Assembly: GCA_000004695.1 (NCBI GenBank)
Contig: CM000150.2
Coordinates: 4,288,001-4,352,000, forward strand
DNA length: 64,000 nt
Reading direction: 5' to 3'
Source of the DNA: Dictyostelium discoideum
Taxonomy: Eukaryota
The first letter of the stretch is position 1. Each line of letters starts with the position of its first letter. This document shows positions 12,316-24,371 of this stretch, piece by piece. The translations under genes were made by a program, and so were the position numbers. The notes under the pieces are model-generated. The model was not told the origin of the DNA. It made no database searches and saw only the letters and a program-made list of their open reading frames with translations.

Positions 12316-12960
12316 ATGGCATCATATAAAAATAATAATTTAGTACGTCTTTGTATTATGGGTGATGGTGGTGTCGGTAAAACAGCAGTAACAATTCAAT
12401 TTATTTCAAATCATTTTGTTTATTATTATGATCCAACAATTGAAGATTCATATCGTAAACAATGTGTAATTGATGATCAAGTTTATATGTTAGATATATT
12501 AGATACAGCAGGTCAAGATGAATTAACCGCTATGAGAGATCAATGGATTAGATCATGTGAAGGTTTCGTTTTAGTTTATTCAATTACATCAAGATCGTCA
12601 TTTGATCAAGTTCAATTCTTTAGAGAACAAATTATCCGTGTATTAGATAGAGATGATGTACCAATTATGATGATTGGTAATAAATCAGATTTAGATGATG
12701 AAAGACAAGTAACCTATCAAGAAGGTAAAGATTTAGCACGTTGTTTAGGTATGTCATTCATGGAAGTCTCCGCTAAAAGTAGAGCAAATATTGAAGAAGT
12801 TTTCAATGAAACTGTTCGTTCTGTTAAAAGAAGAGAAGAATCATTATTAAAAAAAGATAAATCAAAAGATGGAAAAGATATTAAAAAGAAAAATTCAATA
12901 ATTAAAAAATTAAATCAAAAAGTAAATAATACTAAAACCTCAATTTGTAAAATGATGTAA
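12316..12960 (+). CDS. Ras-family small GTPase paralog (214 aa) with a CKMM CAAX box.
   Basis: About 75% identical to 11011..11652 ([27 protein letters not shown]...). Tandem duplicate in the same orientation. Confidence 0.85.
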   Translation: MASYKNNNLVRLCIMGDGGVGKTAVTIQFISNHFVYYYDPTIEDSYRKQCVIDDQVYMLDILDTAGQDELTAMRDQWIRSCEGFVLVYSITSRSSFDQVQFFREQIIRVLDRDDVPIMMIGNKSDLDDERQVTYQEGKDLARCLGMSFMEVSAKSRANIEEVFNETVRSVKRREESLLKKDKSKDGKDIKKKNSIIKKLNQKVNNTKTSICKMM

Positions 12961-13132
12961 ATAACATTTGAAAAAAAAAAAAAAAAATCTGTAAAATATG
13001 TATTCTGTAAATAATAAAATGTACAATAAAAATTAAATCTTTCGATGTGGAATTGGAAGAACGATTTATTTAAAAATAGTTTTTTGTTTTTTTTTTTTTT
13101 GAAATTCCTCATAATCTTTAATATTTTTGGTT

Positions 13133-13323
13133 TAGTTTATGAGGGCATAAAGAGTTTATGTATGGGGTAATATACCACTATTTAGTGGGATCAGGTGAAC
13201 AATCCTAGTTTCATGTATTCGAATTCGATTGCCTTGTTGTTGAATTTTTGTAATTTTAGCTGGACAATAAATTTGATTGTTCAAAAAAGAGTGGTGTAAT
13301 CCATACATAAACTCCTTAAGCCC
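13133..13323. repeat. Imperfect 28-bp terminal inverted repeat flanking a 135-bp GC-richer core. Hairpin, MITE or ncRNA-like element.
   Basis: The left arm TATGAGGGCATAAAGAGTTTATGTATGG is at 13133-13160. The right arm CCATACATAAACTCCTTAAGCCCTCATA is at 13296-13323 and is its reverse complement with 3-4 mismatches. The element lies 70-260 bp 3' of the tRNA-Val. Confidence 0.4.
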
Positions 13324-13343
13324 TCATAATATATTTACCAAAA

Positions 13344-13356
13344 GAGAATCGAACCT
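13344..13356 (-). promoter_or_regulatory. ex-B box downstream of tRNA-Val.
   Basis: The minus-strand sequence GGTTCGATTCTC lies about 35 nt 3' of the tRNA at 13392..13465. Confidence 0.45.
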
Positions 13357-13391
13357 ACGGTCTTACAATCATTAACTTTAAAAGTTAGTTG

Positions 13392-13465
13392 TATTCAGAG
13401 CGGGAATCGAACCCACGACCTAATCCGTGTTAAGGATTCGTGATAACCGACTACACCATCCGAAC
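13392..13465 (-). tRNA. tRNA-Val (anticodon AAC), second copy.
   Basis: Sequence identical to the copy at 10314..10387. Confidence 0.85.
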
Positions 13466-13610
13466 TAATCGATGAAATAATAAATAAATAGCTCAGTGGT
13501 ATTTTTATAAATGAAAAAAATTATCTCATGAAGTAACCAAAAATTGCGTTATTCCATTCAAAAAAAATAAAAGAAAAAAAGATCATTCAATTTTAAGTCA
13601 AAAAACTAGT

Positions 13611-13612
<2 letters not shown>

Positions 13613-13665
<53 letters not shown>

Positions 13666-14140
13666 CCTTTACTGTTTAATATAAATTGAAGGGACACTAA
13701 AATAACTGTCTGACAATAACTACATGAATGGAAAACAATAATAGATAGGTATCTATTAGTATTGAAGGGTCAGAATTATTGATTGTTTATAATTTGGTAT
13801 TGAAATACCAATGAATGATTGTGATATTGATAATGTTTGAATTGGTTTTCAGTTGATGATGCTTTTGAATCGATGATTGCCCATTTAAGAACTACCATAG
13901 TTCGAATTATCATCAACTTGAATTTTAAAGAAGTTTTGCCTGTATCTCCAATTTGTTTTAATGGGCAGTATATTTAATACAAATAGCGAAATTAATGATT
14001 GAAGTTGCTTGATCGAACCATTCTAAAGTTACATCATTTTGATTGGTTAAACCTCTCATTGGGTCTGTCAATGTTTTCAATGGTGTTGGAGTTGGTCGGT
14101 TTTGAATAATTTGATTCTGTAGGATTATCATTAATCAGAT
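13613..14140 (-). mobile_element. Putative degenerate retroelement 3' fragment. A GC-richer non-coding block ends in a 57-nt poly(A), seen as poly(T) on the plus strand. It lies about 150 bp upstream of tRNA-Val.
   Basis: Positions 13667-14140 are about 35% GC, against about 15% in the flanks, and have no ORF of 60 aa or more. They are followed by T57 at 13610-13666. The orientation is poly(A)-tail toward the tRNA. This is consistent with the tRNA-targeted non-LTR elements (TRE family) known in Dictyostelium. The identity cannot be verified here. Confidence 0.25.
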
Positions 14141-14708
14141 TTTTATTATTCATTTCTTTAATTTGTTTTTTTTATAGAAGTTAAAATTTTAAAAATAAAA
14201 AAAAAAATAAAAATTAATTTTTTAAACGTTCCCAAAACTTTTTCATTTTCCACCAATAATTCTTTAATAAACCAATTATTTTATGAAAAATTGTTAATAA
14301 TTTATAATTATTACTAATTTTTTTAAAATTAAAATTTTTTTTTAAATCTTTCTATTAAAAGAAAAATTCAAAAAATTTTCAGTATGATTTTTCAAATTTA
14401 ACTGGTTTAAAATTTAATAGTATCCAATAAAAATCATACTTCTTTAATTTTTTTAAAAATAATAACTACAAATCTTTAATTATTTTTATTGGTTAAGATG
14501 GTTATTTTTTATTTTATAGTCAAAAAAATTGTTTATTATTTTTTTAATTAGAAAAAAAATTTTAAAAAATTTAAGTTGCCTTAAATTTTTTGGGGTTGTT
14601 TTGAATTAAAAATAAAAAAAAGGATGAAAAAAATCAATTTAAACTTTTTTTTTTCCTTATTTCCATATATATTAAACTTTAATTCTTTAAATAAATAAAA
14701 ATAAAAAT

Positions 14709-15116
14709 ATGAAAATTTCTAATAGTTTTGTTTCATTATGTGGAGTATCAAATGCTCAAATGTTTGGTGGTACATGTAAATTACCAGAAATTCCTCAAAC
14801 TATGGATAATGGTTCACAAAGTGTATCTTGTTGGCTCTATTATTACAAAATAATGTTGTTATTAGTTCATATAATCATACATTTCCAAAAGGTACTGGAT
14901 CAACATTTTTCAGTGATTCAAATAAAGATAGTGTTTACAACTGGTGAAAATCTCCATGTTGAATATAAAATAACTAAAGGTTATAGTGGTGTTTTTTATA
15001 GCGAAGATTGCAAAAGTAAAGATCAAATTCCAACTAGTTCGGATATTGTAAAGTCTTATAGTGGTGGTTTTGCTATGATGGGTAGTACATACAATTACCA
15101 ATATAAACTTACTTGA
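14709..15116 (+). CDS. Possible small secreted Cys-containing protein. The exon structure is unresolved.
   Basis: ATG followed by a signal-peptide-like stretch MKISNSFVSLCGVSNA. Two different frames both look protein-like in the middle (SSYNHTFPKGTGSTFFSDSNKDSVYN versus TGENLHVEYKITKGYSGVFYSEDCKSKD). This suggests an unplaced small intron. Confidence 0.3.
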   Translation: MKISNSFVSLCGVSNAQMFGGTCKLPEIPQTMDNGSQSVSCWLYYYKIMLLLVHIIIHFQKVLDQHFSVIQIKIVFTTGENLHVEYKITKGYSGVFYSEDCKSKDQIPTSSDIVKSYSGGFAMMGSTYNYQYKLT

Positions 15117-15850
15117 AGTAAAGTTTAAAAAAAAAAAATTTCTAAATTAAAATAATAATTTATTTCTATTTAGAAAACTTGTTTTGATTTACGTCAAAAA
15201 AAAAAAAAAAGTATTTTTATTTAATACTATTCTCCTTTTACCAACGGCTTTATAATTTTTAAATATATTATTACAAATTGAAAAGAAAGTTCATAAAATT
15301 GTCAGAGAATACTTAAAACTGGAGGGAATTAAATGAATGTCGGTATCTACAGCATTTTCAACAATATCAATATTTAAATGAGCTGTACATCTAATACCAA
15401 TTGATGTATTTAAAATAGTGTAAATATAAAATAATATTAAATTCAATTCAGATTGTTATTCTTGTTTTCTACAGATTGAAGCTACTAATAAATATAAAAA
15501 TAAAAAATAAGAATATTAAATTATATTAATAAAGATAAGAATATCAAAAAAAATAAAGATATAAATAGAGGAAAAATTTATATCTTTATTAGTGAATTTT
15601 TTTTAAAAAAGATTTTATTTAAAGAATTTTTTGTATTTGACACTTTGTCAACTTTCTCTTCTGCTATTGCAAAATTAAATTTATATTCCAATATTCCTTT
15701 AAAAAAAAAGGATTTTTAATAATATTCTTTACAAATTTAAATAAAAATAAAAAAAAAAAAAAAAAAAAAAAAAATAAAAAAAAAAATCAATTAGTTTATA
15801 TTTACATAAACATTGAGAACTGGAATATCCAAGTTCAATATTTTTCTCTC

Positions 15851-15855
<5 letters not shown>

Positions 15856-15936
<81 letters not shown>

Positions 15937-15995
15937 TATTATTATTATTATTTATTATTATTATTATTAATTATTATTATTAATTATCTATTATT
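15856..15995. repeat. (ATT)n microsatellite, about 140 bp.
   Basis: Uninterrupted attattatt... run with a few single-nt variants. Confidence 0.9.
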
Positions 15996-16004
15996 AATTA
16001 TCTA

Positions 16005-17998
16005 TTATTCATTAAAAATTTTTGAAGAAGATCTTCCTTTTAAAGAAAGAAAAGGTTTACTATTCTCTCTAACAGGGCTTAAAGGAGTAATTGGTGAAGA
16101 ATGAAAAGCTGAATGATCAGGAGTTGAAGGTGTAGAATTTGTAGTGGTGGTAGATGATGATGAATCTTTTAATTGTTTATCTTTTTTATCTTTTTTATCT
16201 TTTTCTTTTTTAATATCTTTTTCTTTTTTCTTTTCTTTTAATTTCTCTTGTTCTTTTAATTTCTCTTGTTCTTTTTCTCTACGTTTTTGAGCTTCCAAAG
16301 CTTTCTTTGGTATCATCATATTTGCTTGATCAACATGAGTGAATCTTCGTTGAATGAACCTTGGTACCATATTATCGTCAGGAAAAGTTTGAAAGTATTC
16401 AGTTTCAATTTGATCTCTCATAATTGATCTAAGATGATTTACATCATTTGAAATTTGAGGTTTAATTGATTGACCACCACTATTTGTAATTGTATTCATT
16501 GTTGAATCGATTATATAAATATAATGCATTGATGATAATAATATCTCTCTATATTTTCTATCTGAATCTTTCTTTAAATCTTGTTCTTTCTTTAAATCAG
16601 TTTCTAATTCACCAACTCTTAATCTTAGTAATTGTAATTCCATTTGCATTTTATTAAATTCAATTTGATCAGGTGTTGGTTGTTGTTTTGTTAAAATTAC
16701 AGTATGATTTTTTGAGCCACCACCACCGCCACCATCATCAAGTAAGAATGAAGACGATCTTGAACTTTGATTACTTATTGATAAATCACTATCAGTGACA
16801 CTATCATCACCACCACTACTATTACTTAATAATGATTTTTGATGATTATTAATTATAATTTGTGGTGAAGTAAATTGTTTTGAAGAATTTCTTTGATGGT
16901 TAATTAAATTTGTACGATTTTTAGTGATCCAAGGATGTGATAATAATTCTTTAGCTGTTGCTCTTTCTTCTGTTGATTTACAAAAACAACGTTCCAAGAA
17001 ATTTGCCAATTCTGAAGAGATGTCATCTGGTAGTGGTGGTCTATCATCTTGACAAATTCTATACATTGCACCCAATGGATTTAAATCGAAATAGGGTGGA
17101 TAAGAAGTGAATAATTCAATGATTGTACAACCTAATGACCAAATATCAGATACTTGACAATGACCACTAATCTCTATAACCTCTGGCGCCATCCAATATG
17201 GAGTACCAACCACACTATAACGTTTATCTGATTCCTTTATAATTTCACCTGCAGTACCAAAATCACTCAATTTCGCCTCACCTGCTTTATTTATCAATAT
17301 ATTTGCCGCTTTAATATCCCTATGAATAACACCCTCTTGATGTAAATAAACTAATCCTTTCAATACATTCTCAACATAATTACAAATTAATGATTCTGGA
17401 AATGTTCCAAAATTATTTAAAATCGTTGACAATGAACCATTCTCCATATACTCTAAAAATATATATATATAATTTTCATTCTCTTCCCTACCTAAAATTC
17501 TAACAATATTTTCATGATTTAATCTTTGTAATATATCAAATTCTGTCTATATATATATACATATAAAATAATTAATATATTAAAAATATATATATATTTT
17601 ATTTTATTTTATTTTATTTTATAAACACTTACAGAAACACTTGAATGTTGTTCATTTGAAATTTTTGATTTTTCAAAACGTTTAATTGCAACAAAATCAC
17701 CAGATAATGTATTTAAACCTTTAAAGACAGTTGCAAATGCACCTTTTCCAATTGCAATATCAGAGATTACAAATGCACCAATTGTTTTTTTTGATGCTAC
17801 CATTGATTCCCGAAAATGGGATCTATCAGTTTTATTATTTATTGGTGGTAAATTAGATTGTTGTGGTATTACTTTTGATCTAAAATCAACTGTATCGCTT
17901 TTATTATATGTTTCATCACCACTTCCACCACCATATTCATTATATATATCTGAATCATTACTTCCATTACTATAATTTAATTCACTTTTGATATTCAT
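16005..17998 (-). CDS. STE-group Ser/Thr protein kinase, Cdc7/Cdc15 (septase)-like. Two exons: complement(join(16005..17546,17633..17998)).
   Basis: Exon 1 carries the glycine loop GKGAFATVFKG and VAIK. A GTAAGT donor is at 17632 on the minus strand and the acceptor is ATAG at 17548-47. Exon 2 continues with HENIVRILG, HRDIKAANIL, DFG, GTPYWMAPE and SDIWSLGCT, then a K/E-rich coiled-coil tail. The frame is continuous with phase 0. Confidence 0.8.
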
Positions 17999-18351
17999 TC
18001 TTTTTTTTAAAAAAAATGAATAAATAAATAAATTATAAAAAAAAAAAAAAATTGATTTAAAATATTAGATTTATAAAAATTATTTTATACAATTTTTCTT
18101 AGTTTTTTTTTTTTTTTTTTTTTTTTGTTGGTTTTTGTTTCTATAAAAATAAATAATGGATAATTTTAATTAATTAATTAATTAATTAATCAGCCAATTA
18201 ATTAATTTTTGATTTTTTGTTGGGTTTTTTTTTAATTTTATTCTTTTATTTTATTCTATTTTTATTGTACAAGTTTTATTGATTTTATATTATTAAATTA
18301 TTATTATAAATGATTTGATTAATACGTTATTTATTTGAAAAAGTTTAAGAA

Positions 18352-18382
<31 letters not shown>

Positions 18383-18469
18383 AAAAATTAAAAAAAACTA
18401 TTTTCCAACAAAAAAAAAAAAGTTAAGGTTTGAATCTTTTTTTTATTTTATTTAATTTTTTTTTATTTT

Positions 18470-18512
<43 letters not shown>

Positions 18513-18993
18513 CTTAATGTTATTTAGTTGATTGACAAAAAAAAAAAAAAAAACAAAAAAAACTAAAAAAAAAAAAACAATGTAAAATTAAAAAAAAAAA
18601 AAAAACTTTTAAAATGTGAGTGTGATTATTTGTGAATGTTTTTGTTGATCAGTAGTGGTGCGTTTTGCGTTTGTGATGCAAATATAATGAATTTTTTTTT
18701 TTTTTTTTTTAATTTTTATATTTTTTTTTTTTTTTTTTTTGTTTTTTTTTTAAAAAAAATAAAAAAAAAAAATTTATACAAATCAAATCTCGACAAACTA
18801 AAAATAATTCATAAAAAAATCTTTTTTTTTTTTTTTTAATTTTTTTTCTTTTTTTTTTTTTTTTCTGATGAAGATAAAATTGGGTTGTTTTCATAATAAT
18901 ATGACGTTTGTTGTTATCATGCCAAGGTGAAAACCATATTTTAAATTTTTTTTTTTTTTTTTTTTTTTTAAAACTATAACATATAATTTGTGT

Positions 18994-19030
<37 letters not shown>

Positions 19031-19212
19031 TATTTTTTTCTTTATTTGTTTTATATTAGGGGACAAAAAAAAAAAAAATAAAAAAAAATAGTTCAGGTTT
19101 CCTAAAAAATTAGGATTCCTAAGATTGTTTTAAATTAAATTTTTTTATTAAAAACAATAGTAATGATGATGGTAATTATTTAATTATTTCACCTTTTGAT
19201 GTTTTTGAAATA

Positions 19213-19671
19213 GTGGAAAAAATTACAATGAATAAAAGAAAAATAATTAAAATTAATAATCAAGATAATAATTTATATGAAACAATTTCATATATTGGAG
19301 AGTATATAAATGGAAAAAAAATAAACAGTTTATCTCAATTAGAAGAACAGGTTATTTTTTATTTTGAAAATTTTTCATCAGACTTCAATAACCATTTTTC
19401 TACTCTTGTTTCAATTTTGGTTGACCATTATAATATAAAAAAAAATCAAGTTATAATTAATTTAAAATCAAAAATAACCCATATATTTAATAATTTTAAA
19501 ATAATATATACGACAAATGGTGAATCACTATTTGAAAAAGCTATAACAGATCTATTTATTTATAATATTGGTATTATTATAAAATTTAAAACTATTGAAA
19601 CTATTCATAAAAATAGTTTTACAATTTTAAAAACATTAGAAAAATTGAAAGTAATAATCTTTAAAAAATAA
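19213..19671 (+). CDS. Hypothetical protein (152 aa).
   Basis: ATG ORF (MEKITMNKRKIIKINN...). No family recognised. AT-rich composition. Confidence 0.3.
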   Translation: MEKITMNKRKIIKINNQDNNLYETISYIGEYINGKKINSLSQLEEQVIFYFENFSSDFNNHFSTLVSILVDHYNIKKNQVIINLKSKITHIFNNFKIIYTTNGESLFEKAITDLFIYNIGIIIKFKTIETIHKNSFTILKTLEKLKVIIFKK

Positions 19672-19770
19672 TACTTTAATAGTATATAAATATATTTAAT
19701 AACATATATTAGACTATAATATAATATATAATATACAGTTTATTTTTTTTTTTTTTTTTTTTATATTCAA

Positions 19771-20595
19771 TTAAATACGAGGGATATTTGAGAAAGGATA
19801 GTAATCTTTATTACATTTTTCCCAAACTTTATTTACAGCCATTTCAGCAACATCTTTACAATTTGGATTTGATTGAAGTGAACCAATGGCTCTTCTTTTT
19901 GCACATTCTGCTTGATGATTAAAAACTCCAAAATTTTTTTTAAGTGCTTCTAATTGCCATTTACAATCACCACTTAAATTTGCTGCTCTGATCTAATTTT
20001 TTTTTTTTTTTTTTTTTTTGTGTTAGTAAAAAAAAAAAAAATAATAATAATTTAAATAAATGAATTATATATGTATTTTTATAGTTACTTCAGTACAAGC
20101 TAAATGTTCACAATTAAATGGATTTAATTTATTTTTACACATATCATAAGCATGAACAAATTCATGAACTACAGTATTTCTAATATTTAATGGAAAAGTT
20201 GGCATATTATCACAAATGATAACACCTTTCTTTGGTGTGAAACTACCTAATGCATCTAAAGAATCACATGGTTCACATGTAATTACTGGTGGTAAACAAC
20301 CAAGTTTCATCATTTCCTTTATAATAAATTGAAGTATTGGATCCTCTTTAAATGTTTTTTCAACATTTTCTCTACACATTTGATTTGTTGGTTTACGTAC
20401 ATATTTATTTAATGAACCACCACCATTTGTTGTTGTATCATCATCAGTTGGTGGTATTTCTTCATTCTTTGAATTTATTTTATGGCTACATATTATTACA
20501 TCATAATTATCATTTTCTATTTTATTATTATCATTATTTTTATTATTATTATTTTTTAAAAGTAATATATTTTTAATTGAATCTGAAATAGTCAT
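19771..20595 (-). CDS. ATP23-like mitochondrial inner-membrane metalloprotease (HExxH). Two exons: complement(join(19771..19992,20089..20595)).
   Basis: Exon 1 contains HEFVHAYD and the conserved Cys residues. The donor is GTAACT at 20088. Exon 2, after the acceptor TTAG at 19994-93, encodes [19 protein letters not shown]...[10 protein letters not shown]...SNIPRI*, typical of the ATP23 C-terminus. Confidence 0.75.
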
Positions 20596-21883
20596 TTCTC
20601 TTTAATATAATTTTTTATTCAAACAAAACAAAAAACGAACGAAATTTTTTCATTTTTTTTTTTTTTTAATTTTTTTTTTTTTTTTTATTTTTTTTATTTT
20701 TTTTTTTTTTATTATTCAACTAATTTAAATCTTTTACTTTATATTAAAACCTAAAATAAATAAATTATTTTAAAAAAAAAATTAAACCATGATTATTTAT
20801 TTTTTAGTAAAATAAAAAAAAAAAAAAAAAAATAAGTAAAAAATACATATAAAATTTATATCATGATTTATATTTAATATTTTATTATTATTTTATTTTA
20901 TTATTATTTTATTATTATTTTATTATTATTATATTTTATTTTTATTTTATTTATTTTTTTATTTATTTTTTAATTTTTTTATTTTTAAATTTTTAATATT
21001 TAAAAATTTCGTTGTCAAAATTGTATAAAATAATAATAGTTATTTGCTTTTTTTTTTTTTAAATCACATTTTATTTTCTCTCTCATTCTATCCCCTCTAT
21101 CACACACACTATTTTTTCAATATTAATGAGTATTTGATAATCTATAGATTTTTTTCAACAGAGTTTAAATATCATTCTTTTTAAAATTATCAATAATATT
21201 TTTATGGTTAAATTATAATGAAAAGATTTGCCAAAAAAAAAAAGAAAAATAAAAAATTTTTTAAAACACTTACCACACTTAAAACAAAACAAAAATAAAA
21301 AAATAAAAATAAAAAAACACACACCTACACTTTTTTTTCATTCCCTATTAAATAAAAAAAAAAACTATCTTTACAACAATGAATTTTTTAAATAAAATAG
21401 AATAATAGATTTCTTTTTTTTTTTTTTTTTTTAACTTTTCCACATAATTTTTACATTTTTTTTTATTTAGATGATTTTTTGTGGTTTTGAAATAATTAAA
21501 ATAGATATGTTGTGATATTGTTTACAATATGAGTGGTGTGTTTATTTTTTTTTATTTTTTTTTTTTTAAAGGTGATATGGAAAGATATTGTTTTTAGGTA
21601 CTAATAAAAATATTATTATTATTATTACTACAAATTATGTTTTATTTATTTTATTTTTATTTTTATTTTTTTTTTTTTTTTTTTTTTTTATTTATAAATT
21701 ATTATTTTTACTTTTTTTCTTTTTTTTAATTTTATTTTTACAAATATTAAAAACATAACAAATTCATTTTTATTAAAAATAAAATAAAATAGAAAATCAA
21801 TTAAATAAATAGTATACAAATTATATAACTATTTTCAATATATTTATAATAAATTTAATTTCAAAAATGGTTTCACATAGCAA

Positions 21884-21924
<41 letters not shown>

Positions 21925-23323
21925 AGTCAAAAAAAAAAAAGAAATTTTTTATTAACATTTTTTATATTTTTTTTATTTTTACAAATTAGTTTTATCATCA
22001 TCAATAGTAACTAATATGAATTATAAAATTGAAAGACCAAATAAAATAAAAAGCATAAAAGATATAAATATAGATAATTTATTATCAATAACGTAAGTAT
22101 CAAAAATTAATTATACAAAAGATAAAAAAAAAAAAAAAAAAATATAAACCATTTAATTTTTTTAAAATACTTATGATTTTTTAAATATTATTATTTTTTA
22201 AAATCAGGTTTTTCAGTACCAACTATTTTAAAAACTATATTTCTCAAATTATTACTGCAATTGTATGCATTTGTTTAGTTTTTCATCCAATTGAATTCAA
22301 ATGATTTTCTCAATTTTTTTTAATTATTACAAAAATAATAATAATATAATAATAGTATTACCACAAATAACCTATGTTTGAAAACGAATTTATTCAAACT
22401 GTAAATAAAATCTTTTTAAAATTATGTTTAATTTTTTTTTTTTTTTTAAATTTTTTTTTTTGACAAATATCTAAAAACTGAACTATCAAAAATATTCCAA
22501 GAAGTGTCAATTTTATTTTTTTATTTTCAAATTTTTTTTTTTTTTGTTTTTTTTTTTTTTTTTTCCAAATTGGTTAATTCATTTTTTTTTGTTTTTTTTT
22601 TTTTTTTTTTTTATTTATTTTATTTTATAGTTTCAAAAAAAAAAAAAAAATGAAAAATAATATTGAAGATATAGATAACTGTAGTGATAATACTAAAGAT
22701 TTTATTTTAACTCAAAGTCAAATTCAAAGAAAAATAAAGATAGATTCTGAATATTACCAATTATTTTCAATTGAAGGAACTAATCAAGATCAAGATCTTA
22801 TTGATGCAACCGAGCTCAAAGAACTTAAAGTTCATTGTGAAAGTAAATAATTTTTTTTTTTTTTTTTTAAACATTTTTTTATTTATTTTTAAAATAGTAT
22901 TATTGGAATCAAATAAAAGATGTAAATTCTCAAATAAACTTAATTGAATCAGTTGAAAAATTATCAAAATGTTTGGATAATTTTAAAGAAGAAATTAAAA
23001 ATTAAATTTCAAATAAATTCGATGAATTGAAAAATCAAATTATTGACTCAAATACCGAACTTTTGGGTTGTTTCAATTTAATGAGAGAAGATTATAAAAA
23101 TAAAATTAATATTATTGGAAGCTTTACTTAACAAAATCTCTGATAATAACATTCCAAAAAACATAATAAAAGCTAAAAATGTTAATGGAGGTGTTTAATA
23201 TAAAATTTATAATCATCAACAACCACCTAAAATTAATGAAAATCAAATTGATGATATTATTGAACCAATTGAAAAACCAATAATTAAATCTCCCTCTAAA
23301 AAGCACCCTAAAAATTATAAAAC

Positions 23324-23397
<74 letters not shown>

Positions 23398-23819
23398 TTA
23401 ATAATAATAATAATATTAATAATAATAATAATATTAATAATAATAATAATATTAATAAAATAAATAAATATTATTTTTATTTTTTATTTTAAATTTTCAG
23501 AATTTGGATATTTTTTTTTTAAGGCGATTTTAAAATTAATAGTGTTTTAGATTTTTAAAGAAAAAAAAATTAACAATAATAAAAAAAGAAATTTAATTAA
23601 ATATAATCTAAATTAAACAATTTTTATTTTTTTTTATTTTTTATTTTTTATTTTTTATTTTTATTTTTATTTTTTAAAAAATTCCATCCTATAAAAAAAA
23701 AAAATAAAAAAAAAAATAAAAAAAAATTGAAAATTTATCAATGGATTCGTTCATTAATTATTTTATTTTTTTTAATTCATTTTCATTTATTATTAATACA
23801 CAAATATAAAAGATAAGAT

Positions 23820-24311
23820 ATGTCAGAATTGGAAGTTGATATATTATCATTATCTTTGACATTTGATTTCGAAGCATACTTTACAGATAAAACAGATGGT
23901 GATGGGGATGATAAAGGTTTGATTTTTTTTATTATACAACAACGAAAACAACAATAATATTAAATATTTATAAATACTAATTCATATTTTATTTATTCTA
24001 TAGATGGATCAGACATTTGTAGGTTTTTTTTAAAAGGTTCATGCACCAAAGGTTCTGATTGTCCATATAAACATACAAAAGCAGAAAGAGCAGTAGTTTG
24101 TAAACATTGGTTAAGAGGTCTTTGTAAAAAAGGTGAACTATGTGAATTTTTACACGAATATGATTTACAAAAAATGCCTGAATGTTATTTCTTTTCAAAA
24201 CATGGTATGTATAAATAATAATAATAAAAAAAAAAAAACATTTTATCATACTGATAATAATGATAGTTTTTCATTGAAGAATACATATTAATAAAGATGA
24301 TATAAAAAAAC

Positions 24312-24371
<60 letters not shown>

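Noticed and set aside
13488-13510. ATAGCTCAGTGGTA upstream of tRNA-Val, which resembles a tRNA A-box/D-loop.
   Set aside because: No downstream B-box or foldable cloverleaf. It is part of the shared 5' leader motif (AGCTATTTT…) seen at all three tRNA-Val loci.
18636-18894. Small ORFs 18636..18839 + and 18709..18894 -, 12915..13112 -, 47509..47784 +, 44043..44418.
   Set aside because: They are composed of poly-T/poly-A homopolymer runs read as Phe/Lys. No coding signal.
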